From an uncultured Chroococcidiopsis sp. (lineage in GTDB: Bacteria; Cyanobacteriota; Cyanobacteriia; Cyanobacteriales; Chroococcidiopsidaceae), in assembly GCA_964248365.1 (NCBI GenBank), contig CAXTYC010000017.1, positions 47,664 through 111,663 of the forward strand: a DNA stretch of 64,000 bases, given 5' to 3'. This document shows positions 61,737 through 64,000 of this stretch, one piece after another. Every line of letters begins with the position of its first letter. Positions within the stretch are counted from its first letter, which is position 1. The position numbers were made by a program, and so were the translations under genes. Under the pieces are notes generated by a model. That model was given only the letters and a program-made list of their open reading frames with translations, was not told the origin of the DNA and searched no databases.

Positions 61737-62143
61737 TGCGGGTTCTATTGAACACTAATATCGTGCTAGATTTTCTATTAGAGCGAGAACCATTCCTCAC
61801 AGATGCTGATGCCTTATTTCTAGCTATCAGAACGGGGCAAGTTGCGGGTTATATTACGGCAACAACCTTAACAGATATCTTCTATATTGCTAGAAAAAAC
61901 AAGGGTATTCAGCTAGCGAGGCAAGATGTTTCCGATCTTTTGGCACTGATGCACATCTGTACTGTTGAGCGCAGAATTTTAGAGGCAGCAATATCATCCC
62001 TTTTACCAGATTTTGAAGATGCGGTACAGATAGCTTGTGCGCTGAATGAGAATCTCGACGCAATTATTACCCGCGATACTCAAGATTTTGCCGATGCTTC
62101 CTTGCAAATCCTATCAGCAGGTGAATTATTGCAGCGTCTGTAG
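61736..62143 (+). CDS. PIN-domain (VapC-like) toxin
   Basis: MRVLLNTNIVLDFLLEREPF...DFEDAVQIACA...IITRDTQDF. Confidence 0.85.
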   Translation: MRVLLNTNIVLDFLLEREPFLTDADALFLAIRTGQVAGYITATTLTDIFYIARKNKGIQLARQDVSDLLALMHICTVERRILEAAISSLLPDFEDAVQIACALNENLDAIITRDTQDFADASLQILSAGELLQRL

Positions 62144-62230
62144 TCTTGTCATCTTCCCACTACGCCGCTAAGAGCAGTATAGTGTGTGTTGCAGTCCGCA
62201 TTCCTCAAATCGCCCCTAGTATCTAATCCC

Positions 62231-62875
62231 ATGACTCAAATTGTCTGGATAGCTCGTCACGCTAACCGTCTCGACTTTGTTAACCCTGAATGGTTTAATA
62301 CAGCAGAGCGTCCCTATGATCCACCTCTTTCCGATGATGGTTTCATCCAAGCTCAACAGCTAGCTCAAAGGCTGAAAAAAGAAAACATTAAACATATTTT
62401 TGCCTCTCCCTTCCTACGCACGGTGCAAACAGCAAATGAAGTTGCCTCAGTTCTAGATTTACCTATTAAACTAGAATCAGGCTTGAGTGAGTGGCTCAAT
62501 CCTGCTTGGATGGTAACTATCCCAGAGAGATTGTCAATCGAAGCTTTGCTAGAGCTATATCCTAGAATTGACACTAGCTACACTTCTCGCGTTGTGGCTG
62601 AATATCCAGAGACAAACGAAAAATTACTGGAACGTTCAAAGAAAACAGCCCAGGTGTTAGCAGGCGAGTTCCCAGATGATATCCTTTTGGTAGGACATGG
62701 TGCATCGGTAATAGGTGCAACAATGGGGCTGGTGGGTGAAGGTGCTAAAACCGAAGTTAATGCAGCTTTGTGCTGTTTGGTAAAAATTGTCCATCAAGAT
62801 CATGCATGGGTGATGGAATTAAATGGGGATACCTCTCACCTGAGTTCTTCTGAAAAAGTGATCCGATTCCATTAA
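62231..62875 (+). CDS. Histidine phosphatase (phosphoglycerate mutase family)
   Basis: IARHANR, ASPFLRTVQTA, LVGHG. Confidence 0.88.
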   Translation: MTQIVWIARHANRLDFVNPEWFNTAERPYDPPLSDDGFIQAQQLAQRLKKENIKHIFASPFLRTVQTANEVASVLDLPIKLESGLSEWLNPAWMVTIPERLSIEALLELYPRIDTSYTSRVVAEYPETNEKLLERSKKTAQVLAGEFPDDILLVGHGASVIGATMGLVGEGAKTEVNAALCCLVKIVHQDHAWVMELNGDTSHLSSSEKVIRFH

Positions 62876-62901
62876 GTAAATTTATAGTTAAATTTATATT
62901 T

Positions 62902-63933
62902 ATGACTTTACTACTAACTGGAGATATCGGCGGTACAAAAACTATTCTGCAACTAGTGCAGACATCAGGAGAAAATCGAGAAACTCTGCATGAAAAGCGG
63001 TATACTAGCCGCGATTTTCCTGATTTAGTGCCAATGGTACAGCAGTTTTTAGTAGAAGCTGGTTCGGGGGAAAAATATATACCACAAAAGGCTTGCTTTG
63101 CGATCGCAGGTCCAGTCGTCAACAATACTGTAAAGTTGACTAATCTAACTTGGTTGCTTGATGCTAAACGCTTGGAAGAAGAGTTAGGAATTGCCCCTAT
63201 TTCCTTAATTAATGACTTTGCTGCTGTTGGTTACGGTGTTTTGGGTTTAGGTGAAAAAGATTTGTACACCTTACAACCAGGTAAACCCCAGTCAGATGCA
63301 CCTATCGCCGTAATTGGTGCGGGTACGGGATTAGGACAAGGATTTTTAATTCACCTGGGTGACAACTATCAAGTGTTTGGTTCTGAAGGTGGACACTCTG
63401 ACTTTGCACCTCGTGCTGAGTTGGAATTTCAATTATTAAAGTATCTGTTGGATAAACACGATATTCAAAGAGTTTCAGTTGAAAGAGTTGTTTCTGGAAT
63501 GGGAATTGTTGCAATTTACCAATTCTTGCGCGATCGCTCTTATGCTAGTGAGACACCCGAAATTGCCTCTATCGTGAAAGCTTGGGAACAACAAGCGGGG
63601 CGTACCCAGAAGACAGTTGATCCAGCCGCAGCCATATCAGCAGCTGCAATAGAAAAACGCGATCGCTTGTCTGAGCAAACTATGCAAATATTTGTAGAAT
63701 CCTACGGTGCAGAAGCAGGTAATCTGGCTTTGAAACTTTTACCCTATGGTGGGCTTTATGTAGCTGGTGGTATAGCAGCCAAAAATCTACCTCTGATGCA
63801 AGAAGGCAGTTTTTTAAGATCATTCACTAGCAAAGGTCGAATGAGAGCTATTCTCGAAGATGTACCCGTACATATTGTACTCAATCCACAAGTTGGGCTG
63901 ATTGGAGCGGCGATCGCAGCTGACAGATTGTAA
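62902..63933 (+). CDS. glk: Glucokinase
   Basis: GDIGGTKT, AIAGPV, INDFAA, GAGTGLG, SEGGH, ERVVSGMG, YVAGGIA. Confidence 0.95.
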   Translation: MTLLLTGDIGGTKTILQLVQTSGENRETLHEKRYTSRDFPDLVPMVQQFLVEAGSGEKYIPQKACFAIAGPVVNNTVKLTNLTWLLDAKRLEEELGIAPISLINDFAAVGYGVLGLGEKDLYTLQPGKPQSDAPIAVIGAGTGLGQGFLIHLGDNYQVFGSEGGHSDFAPRAELEFQLLKYLLDKHDIQRVSVERVVSGMGIVAIYQFLRDRSYASETPEIASIVKAWEQQAGRTQKTVDPAAAISAAAIEKRDRLSEQTMQIFVESYGAEAGNLALKLLPYGGLYVAGGIAAKNLPLMQEGSFLRSFTSKGRMRAILEDVPVHIVLNPQVGLIGAAIAADRL

Positions 63934-64000
63934 CTAGGGGCTAGAGGGAATGGCACTAAGAAAAGCCGAAACGCTTGTGGTTTAAGCAGTTTGCAATTGC

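Overview
Cyanobacterial chromosomal DNA. HIP1 octamers (GCGATCGC) are frequent, intergenic spaces are packed with heptameric short tandem repeats (STRR) and GTAG-type REP-like palindromes, and psbA, psaX and nblA are present. Most of the window is core genome (mutT, nblA, sigD, carB, dps, malic enzyme, psbA, cofG, hflX, pgl, fraH, sds, murI, amiC, nhaS3, lipA, psaX, natD, larE, glk) plus four multi-domain histidine kinases. Two patches look accessory. At 10.7-14.3 kb an Mrr-type nuclease fused to a ParA-type ATPase lies divergent from a GmrSD-like DUF262/HNH gene, with a frameshifted coiled-coil ORF and a duplicated REP-like unit between them; this is the best candidate for an undescribed defence system. 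At 59.6-62.1 kb there is an amber-interrupted NucS-like nuclease, a methyltransferase and a PIN toxin-antitoxin pair. Other points of note are a D1 protein with Gln at the normally Thr position 179, two genes apparently starting at ATC/ATT, small ORFs missed by the ORF track, and tiny repeats inserted in frame into conserved proteins. I saw no CRISPR array, tRNA, rRNA or transposase. All family assignments come from motif recognition by eye; no database searches were run.
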